Origin: Candidatus Levyibacteriota bacterium
GTDB taxonomy: Bacteria > Patescibacteriota > Microgenomatia > Levybacterales > UBA12049
Assembly: GCA_016186645.1 (NCBI GenBank)
Contig: JACPLF010000007.1
Span: 126,651 to 190,650 of the forward strand
DNA length: 64,000 nucleotides
Direction of reading: 5' to 3'
The notes below the pieces were generated by a model, which was not told the DNA's origin, made no database searches, and saw only the letters and a program-made list of their open reading frames with translations. A program made the position numbers and the translations under genes. Positions 34,637 through 43,935 of this stretch are shown here, in pieces. The number at the start of each line of letters is the position of its first letter. Position 1 is the first letter of the stretch.

Positions 34637-35788
34637 GTGAATTCTTATCACAAGCTCCTACGTTCAATTGGACTTATCATAGTATTAATAATAGTAGGGA
34701 CTATTTTAACTAAGTATGCTCCTATAAAAACTGCTACTATCCCCATATCCGTAACTACTCAGGATGTTCCGGAAATGGCAGATATTTTAGATCCTAGTAA
34801 TCAAGAAAAAAGATTAAAAGCAGCAAGAAAATTAGTAGAAAGAGTTGATGTCGAACAGGCTTTGGAGATTTTGGAACACTCTAGCCTACCGCATACCGGA
34901 GAAGGTCATTTGGTTGTACATCAAATTGGATTTTATGCTTACAAAAAATATGGGGTGGATTCAATTCTAAAATGCAAAGATTACTTTCTTTATGCTTGCT
35001 ATCATGGGACAATAATTGAAGCAGCGTCCAACGAGGGTTTTGAAGCGATTAAAAAAATGACGGATAAATGTAAAGCATCTCCTGTCAGATATTTCCAGTG
35101 CGTTCATGCTGCGGGCCATTCAATTCTCGCCATGTGGAATTATGATATGCCCAAAGCATTAGAAACTTGCGATTCGATTTATGAAAAAGAAACGGAATTT
35201 CCAGAGGCCTTATCATCTTGTCATAATGGCTCTTTTATGGAAAACCTTTTCGGAGTACATGATTGGGGCAGTGGCAAAGAACCCGTAAGAGATTGGCTGT
35301 CTGATGATCCGTATTTTCCCTGCAACTATTTTGGAGAAAAATATCAAAGGGGATGTTGGCTCAACCAAGCAGCTAGGATTTATCAGATGAACAAAGGAGA
35401 CATGGTTAAAACTTCTCAAATTTGCCAGGAAGCTGGCAATTCAGAATACGTGGCCTGGTGTATGGACAATGTAGCAAGACAAATTCATCCATTAACTCTG
35501 GGAGATCCTGCCAAATCTTTTGAACTTTGTCAGCAAGAAGGAGTCGATTGGTATGATAATTGCCTGGTAGTAAATGCCGGATCATTTTATTCGGTTGGAG
35601 GACGCGACCAGGCAATATTTATCTGTCAAAATGTACCCCCGCATTTAAAGAATGAATGCTACCAAAGAGTAATTGGGCAAATTGTTTCTGACCCAATTGA
35701 TGTCGGACAAAAACAAGCTCTTTGTCAAAAACTTGAGCAGCCGTTCAATAATCATTGCTTCGCAGGCCTGACCCCTGTAAATTTTTAA
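34637..35788 (+). CDS. membrane-anchored extracytoplasmic Cys-paired repeat protein (paralog of the repeats in 39605..42115)
   Basis: N-terminal TM anchor; about 18 Cys in pairs; motifs CYHGTIIEAAS, CVHAAGHSILAMW, PYFPCNYFGEKYQRGCW, shared with the downstream 836-aa protein. Confidence 0.5.
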   Translation: MNSYHKLLRSIGLIIVLIIVGTILTKYAPIKTATIPISVTTQDVPEMADILDPSNQEKRLKAARKLVERVDVEQALEILEHSSLPHTGEGHLVVHQIGFYAYKKYGVDSILKCKDYFLYACYHGTIIEAASNEGFEAIKKMTDKCKASPVRYFQCVHAAGHSILAMWNYDMPKALETCDSIYEKETEFPEALSSCHNGSFMENLFGVHDWGSGKEPVRDWLSDDPYFPCNYFGEKYQRGCWLNQAARIYQMNKGDMVKTSQICQEAGNSEYVAWCMDNVARQIHPLTLGDPAKSFELCQQEGVDWYDNCLVVNAGSFYSVGGRDQAIFICQNVPPHLKNECYQRVIGQIVSDPIDVGQKQALCQKLEQPFNNHCFAGLTPVNF

Positions 35789-35798
35789 GGTTAATATT

Positions 35799-36446
35799 AT
35801 GGAACCAGAAATCCAGAAATTATTGCATTCGTTTTTTGACAAATTTGAGTTGAAATTATTTGACAAAGGAAAAACGATTATAGGACCCACGAATGATAAG
35901 ATATTTTTTTTGACCAAGGGAGTAGTAAAAATGCTTGGCCTTTCAAAAAAAGGAAAGGATCTAACTCTAAATATATATAAGGCATATTCATTATTTCCTA
36001 TATCTTTGATTTTTAATATGCGAAATAAATATATATTTAAATCATTAACGGAAACGCAGGGATATTTCGCCCCTAAAAAAAAATTAGATCTGTTCATCAG
36101 CAAAAATCCAATTGTGCTTTTCGATCTATTAAAAAGAGTTTATCAGGGTTTAGACGGATTTTTTATGCTTTGGGAAGCTCTGCTTTCAGGAAATTCTCTC
36201 TATAAAGTATTGACTCAGTTAATTATTTACGCGAAGCGGTTTGGTCAAAGAAATCACAACACAATTACTTTTGATTGGCATCTTACCCACGGTCAATTAG
36301 CTTCTCAAACAGGCCTTGCCCGAGAATCAGTCACCAGGCAAATTAAAAAACTTCAGAATAAAGGCTTGATTGGTTACTCCGGCAAAAAGATATTTATTTA
36401 CGACCTTTCTAAATTGGAAAAAGAACATTCTTCCTTGTCTAAATGA
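35799..36446 (+). CDS. Crp/Fnr-family transcriptional regulator
   Basis: cNMP-binding-like beta-barrel region then C-terminal HTH (LTHGQLASQTGLARESVTRQIKKLQNKGLI). Confidence 0.7.
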   Translation: MEPEIQKLLHSFFDKFELKLFDKGKTIIGPTNDKIFFLTKGVVKMLGLSKKGKDLTLNIYKAYSLFPISLIFNMRNKYIFKSLTETQGYFAPKKKLDLFISKNPIVLFDLLKRVYQGLDGFFMLWEALLSGNSLYKVLTQLIIYAKRFGQRNHNTITFDWHLTHGQLASQTGLARESVTRQIKKLQNKGLIGYSGKKIFIYDLSKLEKEHSSLSK

Positions 36447-36480
36447 AATTCCAAATTACCTCTTGACAAACGATAAGAAT

Positions 36481-36496
36481 TGTGACCAAAATTACA
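36481..36496. promoter_or_regulatory. candidate Crp-type binding site TGTGA-N6-TTACA
   Basis: tgtgaccaaaattaca, one mismatch from TGTGA-N6-TCACA; lies between the Crp/Fnr gene and the start (36507) of the small-TM/giant-protein operon. Confidence 0.3.
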
Positions 36497-36506
36497 ATAG
36501 GGGAAA

Positions 36507-36785
36507 ATGGATAATCAAAATAAAATAACATCTATCTTATTTCTTCTTAAAAAAAAGAAAATACTTATTGGAGTACCATTGCTTCTGCTTTCTGTCGGAG
36601 TAATTTATGTTGGGCTAGTGCGATTTGGAGTTATCAAAGATCCTTTCCCTCTTCCTAATATACCTTTTCTTCAAACAGTCCCACAAGTTTCTATAAAAAC
36701 AGAATACAAAAATCCTTTTGATAAAAAAACCCAGTACGTAAATCCATTTGACACTTATAAAAATCCTTTTGTAATTGCAAAATAA
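36507..36785 (+). CDS. small membrane protein with C-terminal NPFD repeats, coupled to the giant protein
   Basis: 92 aa; one TM; C-terminus KNPFDKKTQYVNPFDTYKNPF; TAATG overlap with the next gene. Confidence 0.35.
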   Translation: MDNQNKITSILFLLKKKKILIGVPLLLLSVGVIYVGLVRFGVIKDPFPLPNIPFLQTVPQVSIKTEYKNPFDKKTQYVNPFDTYKNPFVIAK

Positions 36786-39553
36786 TGATAATAAGTAAAA
36801 TTTTAACATTGAACCCTATTAAGACATTACTTCTGGCATTGGCTGCGATGTTTTTATTATTTCTCGTAACAACTTCTGTTTTTTCACAAAGCCCAACAAT
36901 CCAACCAACAACTGCTACAGGACCGTCTCTTAACCTTGCTTTTCCCATAGAAGAATTGGGCGCATGCAAGAGTCTGGAAGAATGTAGCAATTATTGTCAG
37001 GATCCTGTTCACCAAAACAGTTGTACTAATTTTGCAAAGAAAAATGGATTCTATCAGGATGACCAAACAGCCTATGGAGATGATAAATTTTATCAGGATG
37101 TAAAAGAGGAATTAGGATGCGATACGCACGAATCTTGTTTTAACTTTTGTTCAGAGCCTGCGAATTTTGACACATGCGAATCCTATGCCAAAAGAAATGA
37201 AATACCAGGCGGCTATGTCGGAGAACCGGATAAGCCTGAATATTTAACCATTGCTAAGCAAGTTTTAGGTTGTGATTCACCTGTAAGCTGCTCAAATTTC
37301 TGCGATGATCCCGCAAATGCTGATAAATGTTCTAGCTTTGCTGATCAAGTAGGACTTTTAGGCGGAAATACTCAAGAAGGTCCTGGTGGATGTCAGACTC
37401 CCGGCACTTGCGGAGCATATTGTTCTGATCCTGCAAATTATGTGGAATGTTCTAAATTTGCTCCGGGAGGGGGTAATTTTGCAGGACCAGGCGGGTGTAA
37501 TAGTGAAGCAACATGTCGAAGTTATTGCGATCAAAATCCTGCTAATTGCCGAAGTTATGCTCCCGGCTCAAGTGGGGCATATGGGACTTTTAATTGTGTC
37601 GAAGGTCAGACTCATGGACCAGGCGGACTTTGTACCAATGTGAACGTTATGGCTTTGGCTGCTGCCTGCGTTGGAGCTGGTAAATTTTGGGATGGAACTT
37701 CCTGTCAGGATACCGCTCCTGTAGGTATATCTCCAGAACTGCCAAGTGCGCATTTTGAACAAAGACCGGAAATGGGCAATTGCTCAACTCCTGGTCAATG
37801 TTATGATTATTGTAAGGATAATCTTGTGAATGGTGCGAGCGTTTGTCCGGGATTCGATGCTACAGCATCCCGTCCAACCGACAGCTATACACCATATCTA
37901 TATTATACTCCCGGAACTGAGGTTAAATTTGAACCAAAGCCGGAGATGGGTAACTGTGATTCTCCTGGCGCTTGTTATGACTATTGTAAAGAAAATCCCG
38001 ATAAATGCGAAGGATTTGATCCTAAGGCTCCAGTACCAATAGACATTTGGATTCCAAATACTTACTACACTCCTCCTACAGATGGTATCTATTCTACTCC
38101 GCCAACAACCAATTTCTACACAACGCCAATGTACTACACTCCGCCAGTCGGCTCTACTTATACTACTCCTCAATACTACACGCCTGGCACATATTCTACT
38201 CCAAGTTACTATACACCGCCTATAGGATCGAACTATACTACGCCTAACTACTATACTCCTTGGACTAATTATGCGACACCAACCGGAGAGTATCCGACTC
38301 CGACTTATTCAACACCAACTTACTACACTCCTCCTGGTGGATCTAATTACACAACGCCTTACTATTACACTCCCCCTCATTACACAACGCCTTACTATTA
38401 CACTCCCGGCCAAGGTGGCTATGCGTCTAATTACACAACTCCTCCTGCCTATTCAACTCCTCCGCCATATGTAACTCCTCAGTATTACACGCCTTACACC
38501 GGCGGCGGTTATACAACTCCTGTTTACTATACACCGCCTGTTTACACAACCCCAACTTACTACACTCCTCCTGCAGGCTCGAACTACACCAGCCCAAGTT
38601 ATTACACGCCTCCTCCTCCTTATACAACACCAAATTACTATACTCCTGGCACTTACCCAACACCTCCTACTTATACATCTCCTACGGCTTATACGACGCC
38701 TAACTATCCAACTCCTCCATTAGGCAGTAACTATACCTCCCCTAGCTATTATTCGCCAGCAAGCTATCCAACACCAACTTATTACACACCAGGTTTTTAC
38801 CCAACACCTTATTATTACACGCCTTATTCAACACCCTCCTATCACACTCCTCCTGAAGGATCAACCTATACCAGCCCGACTTACTACACACCATATTCAA
38901 CGCCAAATTACTTTACGCCAACGTACTATTCACCTTCTTACTACACGCCTGGCGGAACCTACACAAGTCCTTATTATACTCCTGGAAGCGGTTACACATC
39001 CCCAACCTCAAATTATACAACTCCATCAACTAGCTATACTTCTCCATACTACAGTCCTTACGCAAGTCCATCATATTACACACCCTCAGACCCGAATTAT
39101 ACAACGCCGTCTTATCCAACGCCTTATTCCTATCCTACTCCGGGATCAACAACTTCTTATCCATACCCGACTCCTGGAACAGGATATTCTTACCCAACGC
39201 CAAGCGGCTATTATTACCCAACCCCATCAGACACTAGTTATCCTTCTCCATATACCGGCTATGCTTATCCAACGCCTGGAACTAGTTATTCTTACCCTTC
39301 GCCAACATACGGCACGCCTTCGGGAAGCTATTATTACCCAACACCCGGATCCGGATCTTATGGCACGCCATCATACGGCACCCCTGAATATCACACACCA
39401 AGCTATGGAACACCTTCAGAAAGCTACGGAACACCGAGTTATGGAACGCCATCGTATGGCACTCCTTCTGATTACCCAACCCCTCCCTTGGGAGTTTCCA
39501 CCTTCAATCCCGGATTATTACAGAATATCTGGAGCTTCCTTATCGGCAGATAA
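36785..39553 (+). CDS. giant secreted protein: seven 4-Cys modules followed by about 500 aa of Tyr/Thr/Pro-rich repeats
   Basis: Signal/TM at N-terminus; repeats of G-C-x4-C-x2-[YF]-C-x2-P-x-N-x2-3-C-x2-[FY]-A; then YYTPP / GSNYT[TS]P repeats; hydrophobic C-terminus. Confidence 0.6.
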   Translation: MIISKILTLNPIKTLLLALAAMFLLFLVTTSVFSQSPTIQPTTATGPSLNLAFPIEELGACKSLEECSNYCQDPVHQNSCTNFAKKNGFYQDDQTAYGDDKFYQDVKEELGCDTHESCFNFCSEPANFDTCESYAKRNEIPGGYVGEPDKPEYLTIAKQVLGCDSPVSCSNFCDDPANADKCSSFADQVGLLGGNTQEGPGGCQTPGTCGAYCSDPANYVECSKFAPGGGNFAGPGGCNSEATCRSYCDQNPANCRSYAPGSSGAYGTFNCVEGQTHGPGGLCTNVNVMALAAACVGAGKFWDGTSCQDTAPVGISPELPSAHFEQRPEMGNCSTPGQCYDYCKDNLVNGASVCPGFDATASRPTDSYTPYLYYTPGTEVKFEPKPEMGNCDSPGACYDYCKENPDKCEGFDPKAPVPIDIWIPNTYYTPPTDGIYSTPPTTNFYTTPMYYTPPVGSTYTTPQYYTPGTYSTPSYYTPPIGSNYTTPNYYTPWTNYATPTGEYPTPTYSTPTYYTPPGGSNYTTPYYYTPPHYTTPYYYTPGQGGYASNYTTPPAYSTPPPYVTPQYYTPYTGGGYTTPVYYTPPVYTTPTYYTPPAGSNYTSPSYYTPPPPYTTPNYYTPGTYPTPPTYTSPTAYTTPNYPTPPLGSNYTSPSYYSPASYPTPTYYTPGFYPTPYYYTPYSTPSYHTPPEGSTYTSPTYYTPYSTPNYFTPTYYSPSYYTPGGTYTSPYYTPGSGYTSPTSNYTTPSTSYTSPYYSPYASPSYYTPSDPNYTTPSYPTPYSYPTPGSTTSYPYPTPGTGYSYPTPSGYYYPTPSDTSYPSPYTGYAYPTPGTSYSYPSPTYGTPSGSYYYPTPGSGSYGTPSYGTPEYHTPSYGTPSESYGTPSYGTPSYGTPSDYPTPPLGVSTFNPGLLQNIWSFLIGR

Positions 39554-39604
39554 ACCGCGGCTATTTTTAAACTTTCCTCTGCCTAATTTAGTATAATTAT
39601 AAAT

Positions 39605-42115
39605 ATGTTCAAATTCTTCGCGTTACTCTTATTTCTCATTTTTCATTTTCCTGCCTCGCCGCCAGGCGGGTCTTTTTTCATTTCTCCTGTTTCTGCTCAT
39701 TCAGAAGTTGCGGTTATAGAAATGGTGCCTTATGGCTTTGTTCCTTCTGAAACAACTATTGATGTAAATTCAAGTGTAATTTTCATCAATAAAGATAGTC
39801 AACCAAGATGGCCTGCCAGCAATGTCCATCCGACTCATAATATATATCCCGAATTTGATCCAAAAAAACCAATTGAGCCCGGAGAATCATGGGCATTCAA
39901 GCCTAAAAGAATAGGAGAATGGAAATTTCACGATCATAATTTCCCCCATATGAGAGGAGTTTTAACTGTCGTTGATGAAGAAGGTTTTACTTCAGAGGAA
40001 AAAATAGAGTCCCCTTCTTTTGTTACTAAGTTTAAAAATGCAATTAACAATTTCTTTAATCAGATTAAAAACTTATTCGCTAAAAAAGCATTAAATCAAC
40101 AGGTACAATTACCTGATAAAGAAGGGTTCAAAAAACTATCTTATGATGCTCAATCTAAAATACTAGAAAAAATTGCGAGAAACAATGGTGCTTCAAAAGC
40201 TTGGGAATATGTGAAAGATGTTTTCAAAGGAGAAGGAGGATCTTCCGGCAACATTCATGATTTGGCGCATTTATCAGGTCTTTTGATATATGAAAAGAAT
40301 GGCTTTGAAGGAATTAAAGACTGCACTAGTAATTTTGCTTTTGGCTGTTATCATGGTTTTTTAGATACTGCTTTTGCCAAAAATTTGGACCATCTTTTGG
40401 ATGCAGAGAATGCTTGTTTGAAATTAGGCCCTACTAATTCCGGACCTGTTGCAAGCTGCATACACGGAATTGGACATGGAGTTGCTTCTTTTTATTCAAC
40501 GCAGGATTTGGAAAAATCTCTTGTTACCTGCAGGAAATTAAACCAAGGCAATGAATACTGTTTTGATGGAGTATTTATGGAATTTGTCCGCTCCGCGCCC
40601 GATTCATTTTTTAAAAGTAACGATCCCTACTACCCTTGCAACAGCTTGGAGGAAAAATATGGATATTCTTATTCATCTGCCTGCGGAAGAAATCAATCTT
40701 CCCTTTTAATGAGTAGATTTAATATGGGATTTGACGAAGTGGTTGGAATTTGTCTTTCTTCAACATCAAAACCTTTTAAAGAAAGTTGTTTCGACGCTCT
40801 AGGATTTTCTCTTGCTTCTTCTGGAGATGTTAACCAAATAATAGTAGGGTGTCAAAAGATGCAGATATCTGAATATATTAATAAGTGCGCAAAAGCTGCC
40901 GCAGGAGAGTTAGTTTTTCAGGAAATACCCGGATGGCCGGAAAAATCAAAAGAAGTTTGTAATGCATTTGAAAAAAGCGAAGAGTGTTTGCAAAACGTAG
41001 ATAGACTTATTAAGGAATATAACCTTCAAGTCCAAATCAACTTTACCCCAAAAGAACTCAATGAAGATATTAATTTATATGTAAGAAGCCAGATGAAAAA
41101 ATGTTATGAAACGGATGGCAGGGACGGATGCTACAAAGCCGTTGCTGACATATTGTATAGTCAGTTTGGTTTAGCCAAAACTCTTAATGTTTTTAAAGAA
41201 AACGAAGGATATGTAGAAATTTATGCAAGATGTCATGAGACAACTCATTATCTTTCCCGGCTGGAATATGAGAAGCAAAAGAGTATTGCCAAAGTTTATG
41301 CTCAATGTGATTCAACATGTCATGGAGGATGTTACCACGGAACACTTGAGGCATATCTTAAAGAAAAGACAAATGAGACTGGATTTAATCTAGTGAGTCG
41401 ATTTGCTAAAGTTTGCGGAAAACAAAGCGATTATCAGAAGCCTATCGAGTTTAATGAATGTCTTCATGGCATGGGACACGCAGCAATGTTTGTCACAGAT
41501 ATGGAACTTAAACAATCTTTAAAGCTTTGCGATACTATTGCTGATCAAGCGCATAAAGAAAGATGTTATACCGGAGTATTTATGGAAAATTCCTCATCCT
41601 CTACTTCTTTTGATCATGCAAGTATATACATTAAAAAAGATGATCCATTTTATCCATGCAATTCTTTAGAGGAAAAATATTTATCTTTGTGCTGGCAGTA
41701 TCAAAGTTCGTATTTTTCCATTATCAGTCACCAGGATTGGAAAAAAGTAGCAAGTCTTTGCCTGCAAATTCCTAATCAGTATCAAGATCGATGCTTTAGG
41801 ACTATCGGAACAAACCAAGTTGGTTTTACTCAATCTTTAGAAACCATGAAAAAAGATTGTGATCTTATGCCCTCTGAAAATTTTAAAGACATTTGTATTG
41901 CAGGCGTTGTTTCCTCTCTTTCCTATCGTTTTGTCGGAGACATGCGAAAAATGATTGACTTTTGCTCTCTTGTCTCTTCACAAAATAGAGAAAGCTGTTA
42001 CAAACAAATTGGTAATGGAGTTTCTGATTGGGATAGCAACAAAGATGTGGCAAAAAACCAATGTCAAAAAATTCCCGACCCCCAAGGCCAATCTTGGTGC
42101 CTGAGCGCAATATGA
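39605..42115 (+). CDS. secreted protein: N-terminal cupredoxin-like domain (Cys ligand replaced) plus two tandem Cys-paired repeat domains
   Basis: Signal peptide; EWKFHDHNFPHMRGVLTVVDE aligns to the amicyanin/pseudoazurin loop Y-x-C-T-P-H-P-F-M-R-G-K-V-V-V-E with Cys replaced; then two repeat units with CYHGF, CIHGIGHG, YPCNSLEEKY motifs. Confidence 0.55.
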   Translation: MFKFFALLLFLIFHFPASPPGGSFFISPVSAHSEVAVIEMVPYGFVPSETTIDVNSSVIFINKDSQPRWPASNVHPTHNIYPEFDPKKPIEPGESWAFKPKRIGEWKFHDHNFPHMRGVLTVVDEEGFTSEEKIESPSFVTKFKNAINNFFNQIKNLFAKKALNQQVQLPDKEGFKKLSYDAQSKILEKIARNNGASKAWEYVKDVFKGEGGSSGNIHDLAHLSGLLIYEKNGFEGIKDCTSNFAFGCYHGFLDTAFAKNLDHLLDAENACLKLGPTNSGPVASCIHGIGHGVASFYSTQDLEKSLVTCRKLNQGNEYCFDGVFMEFVRSAPDSFFKSNDPYYPCNSLEEKYGYSYSSACGRNQSSLLMSRFNMGFDEVVGICLSSTSKPFKESCFDALGFSLASSGDVNQIIVGCQKMQISEYINKCAKAAAGELVFQEIPGWPEKSKEVCNAFEKSEECLQNVDRLIKEYNLQVQINFTPKELNEDINLYVRSQMKKCYETDGRDGCYKAVADILYSQFGLAKTLNVFKENEGYVEIYARCHETTHYLSRLEYEKQKSIAKVYAQCDSTCHGGCYHGTLEAYLKEKTNETGFNLVSRFAKVCGKQSDYQKPIEFNECLHGMGHAAMFVTDMELKQSLKLCDTIADQAHKERCYTGVFMENSSSSTSFDHASIYIKKDDPFYPCNSLEEKYLSLCWQYQSSYFSIISHQDWKKVASLCLQIPNQYQDRCFRTIGTNQVGFTQSLETMKKDCDLMPSENFKDICIAGVVSSLSYRFVGDMRKMIDFCSLVSSQNRESCYKQIGNGVSDWDSNKDVAKNQCQKIPDPQGQSWCLSAI

Positions 42116-42145
42116 CTCCTTGCAACCCTAATAAGATGCACGTGA

Positions 42146-42454
42146 CTATTTAAATTGAACCTGGAGAGTAACATCCAAAGCGGCTGCTAGTCTTTTGAGC
42201 AAAGAAATAGAAGGGCTTGTATTGCCTTGCTCAACCCTGGAAATAACTGATTGAGTAGTATTCATTTTTTTAGCCAACTCTTTTTGAGTTATTTTATTTT
42301 TAATTCTGGCACGGATAATAGCCTTAGCAATTTCAAACTCAGGTTGAGATTCCTCGTAGAGCTTTTTAAACTCAGAGTCTTTTAGCATTTCTTTTTTTAG
42401 CACACTCCAGTCTTTCATAGATGTATTGTATCGCAAATTTGCGATATCTGTCAA
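42146..42454 (-). CDS. higA: HigA-type antitoxin, XRE-family HTH
   Basis: KITQKELAKKMNTTQSVISRVEQGNTSPSISLLKRLAAALDV (HTH_XRE); 4-nt overlap with the upstream toxin gene. Confidence 0.75.
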   Translation of the reverse strand: MTDIANLRYNTSMKDWSVLKKEMLKDSEFKKLYEESQPEFEIAKAIIRARIKNKITQKELAKKMNTTQSVISRVEQGNTSPSISLLKRLAAALDVTLQVQFK

Positions 42455-42810
42455 CTCCCCAATTTTCTTGATTGGTATTCCTTTAGTCTCTCCTCAGCTA
42501 TTTTTATCTCTTTCGGAGGAGTCTTTTGTTTTTTCTTTTTAAACCCATGTAGTAGTAGGAATATTTTCCCAGTTATGGTGATATAGAAAATTCTGATGCT
42601 ATCTGTTCCCAATATACGAAGTTCCCAAAGCGAGGTACCAACCAGTTTTTTAACATGAGGATATGCTCCTTCCAATCCAAATTCCTCTAAGAGATCAAGA
42701 GTTCTGGAAACCTTTAACCGTGTCTTCTTTTCTAAGGATTTAATAAATTCCTCAACTGGTATGTCGCCCCTGAGAGATTCATAAGCCTTAACTTTCCATT
42801 TATCATCCAT
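42451..42810 (-). CDS. higB: HigB-like toxin (RelE/ParE superfamily, phage Gp49-like family)
   Basis: LWELRILGTDSIRIFYITITGKIFLLLHGFKKKKQKTPPKEIKIAEERLKEY matches the Gp49-like pattern (ELR...R..Y......LLHGFKKKTQKTP..EI..A); toxin-first order typical of higBA. Confidence 0.7.
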   Translation of the reverse strand: MDDKWKVKAYESLRGDIPVEEFIKSLEKKTRLKVSRTLDLLEEFGLEGAYPHVKKLVGTSLWELRILGTDSIRIFYITITGKIFLLLHGFKKKKQKTPPKEIKIAEERLKEYQSRKLGS

Positions 42811-42910
42811 AAAAACAGTTTAGCATAAAAGAAATGGCTTCAAAAAGCGGAACTAAAAGCACCCTCTGCACCCCTAAATCTTCTCCCTCCAAAAACTCTA
42901 AATGTTAAAA

Positions 42911-43846
42911 TTAGTGGATTAGAAATTCATCAAGATATTTGTTCAATTCTTCATTAGGTTGCGAAAAAATGCCTACTAAATCTTCATCAAATATTTTCTG
43001 TAAAGATCTTCTAGCAATATCTTCTGCATCTCGTATTATTTCATTTGCACTCAAAGGATTACTCAAGACTCTTCTAGGAAGACTCGCTCCATGAACTGCA
43101 GATGATCTCAGCTCGTAAATAGTCTTAATCTTCTGAATTATAGATTTTTTTTCCGTTATACTCTGGCCAAGAAAAGCGGCACACCGCATTCTTAATGAAT
43201 ATCCTACTTCTGATTCCGAGGTATTAAATAGAGATTCCAGGGTAATTGCAAAAGGAACAGTTCTGAGTTTTGCATAATGAGTTAAATACCCTAGCTGAAA
43301 AAAATTAAAAGCATTAAGAACTCGATTGTATGAACCCTGATATTTTGCAAATAATTCTGACACACAATAGTAATATCTCTGAATTTTCTTTTCTTCCCCA
43401 GCCTGAAAATGTGATGATCCAAGAGGCTCACCATAGATCAAAAAAATTGCATTTGTTTTCTGACTTGCACCTTCGGGACTCAGATTTCCATTATGATCTA
43501 AACTAAATAAGAATGTTGAACTTGCTGCTCTAGTTGGACGCACAACACGTAAGCTTTCAATTATATGGTGAATTTTCTTCTGAGCTTTATCTGAATCTTC
43601 TACAGATGAATCGAATTCATATACGGCATAAAATCTACAATTTTTTAACTCATCTATCTCATATTTAGCATAAATGTCTTGAAATGAGTCAACTATTATT
43701 GCGATTAAGTCGTTTAGTTTGTCATCTTTTCTCCTCAAGCTCAATGCATCCTCTAATTTTATTTCATCAGGAAGACGATCCCTTGGATCATCATAAAAGA
43801 AGTGTATCGGGGCAATAATTCTAAGTTTGCTCATATTTTCAAACAA
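42911..43846 (-). CDS. hypothetical protein with C-terminal Rx4HG (HEPN-like) motif; possible abortive-infection-type RNase
   Basis: 311 aa, soluble; ...IYELRSSAVHGASL contains R-x4-H-G, the HEPN catalytic signature; adjacent to the TA pair. Confidence 0.35.
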   Translation of the reverse strand: MFENMSKLRIIAPIHFFYDDPRDRLPDEIKLEDALSLRRKDDKLNDLIAIIVDSFQDIYAKYEIDELKNCRFYAVYEFDSSVEDSDKAQKKIHHIIESLRVVRPTRAASSTFLFSLDHNGNLSPEGASQKTNAIFLIYGEPLGSSHFQAGEEKKIQRYYYCVSELFAKYQGSYNRVLNAFNFFQLGYLTHYAKLRTVPFAITLESLFNTSESEVGYSLRMRCAAFLGQSITEKKSIIQKIKTIYELRSSAVHGASLPRRVLSNPLSANEIIRDAEDIARRSLQKIFDEDLVGIFSQPNEELNKYLDEFLIH

Positions 43847-43935
43847 ATTTTAGGACTATTTAATATCATCCCATCTATCAAGATACTTATTTAAAATTAC
43901 ATCTTTGAAAGTAATGGAATCTTTCATACCTTTGA

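Noticed and set aside
38040-39480. Resemblance of YTSPxYYTP repeats to RNA polymerase II CTD heptads (YSPTSPS)
   Set aside because: The protein has a signal peptide and Cys modules and is clearly extracytoplasmic, so the similarity is compositional convergence.
37386-39596. Several 60-110-aa ORFs on both strands inside the giant-protein gene (e.g. 37386..37643, 38271..38474, 39261..39596)
   Set aside because: They are embedded in the repetitive Y/T/P-coding region of a long, well-supported ORF and are artefacts of low-complexity sequence.
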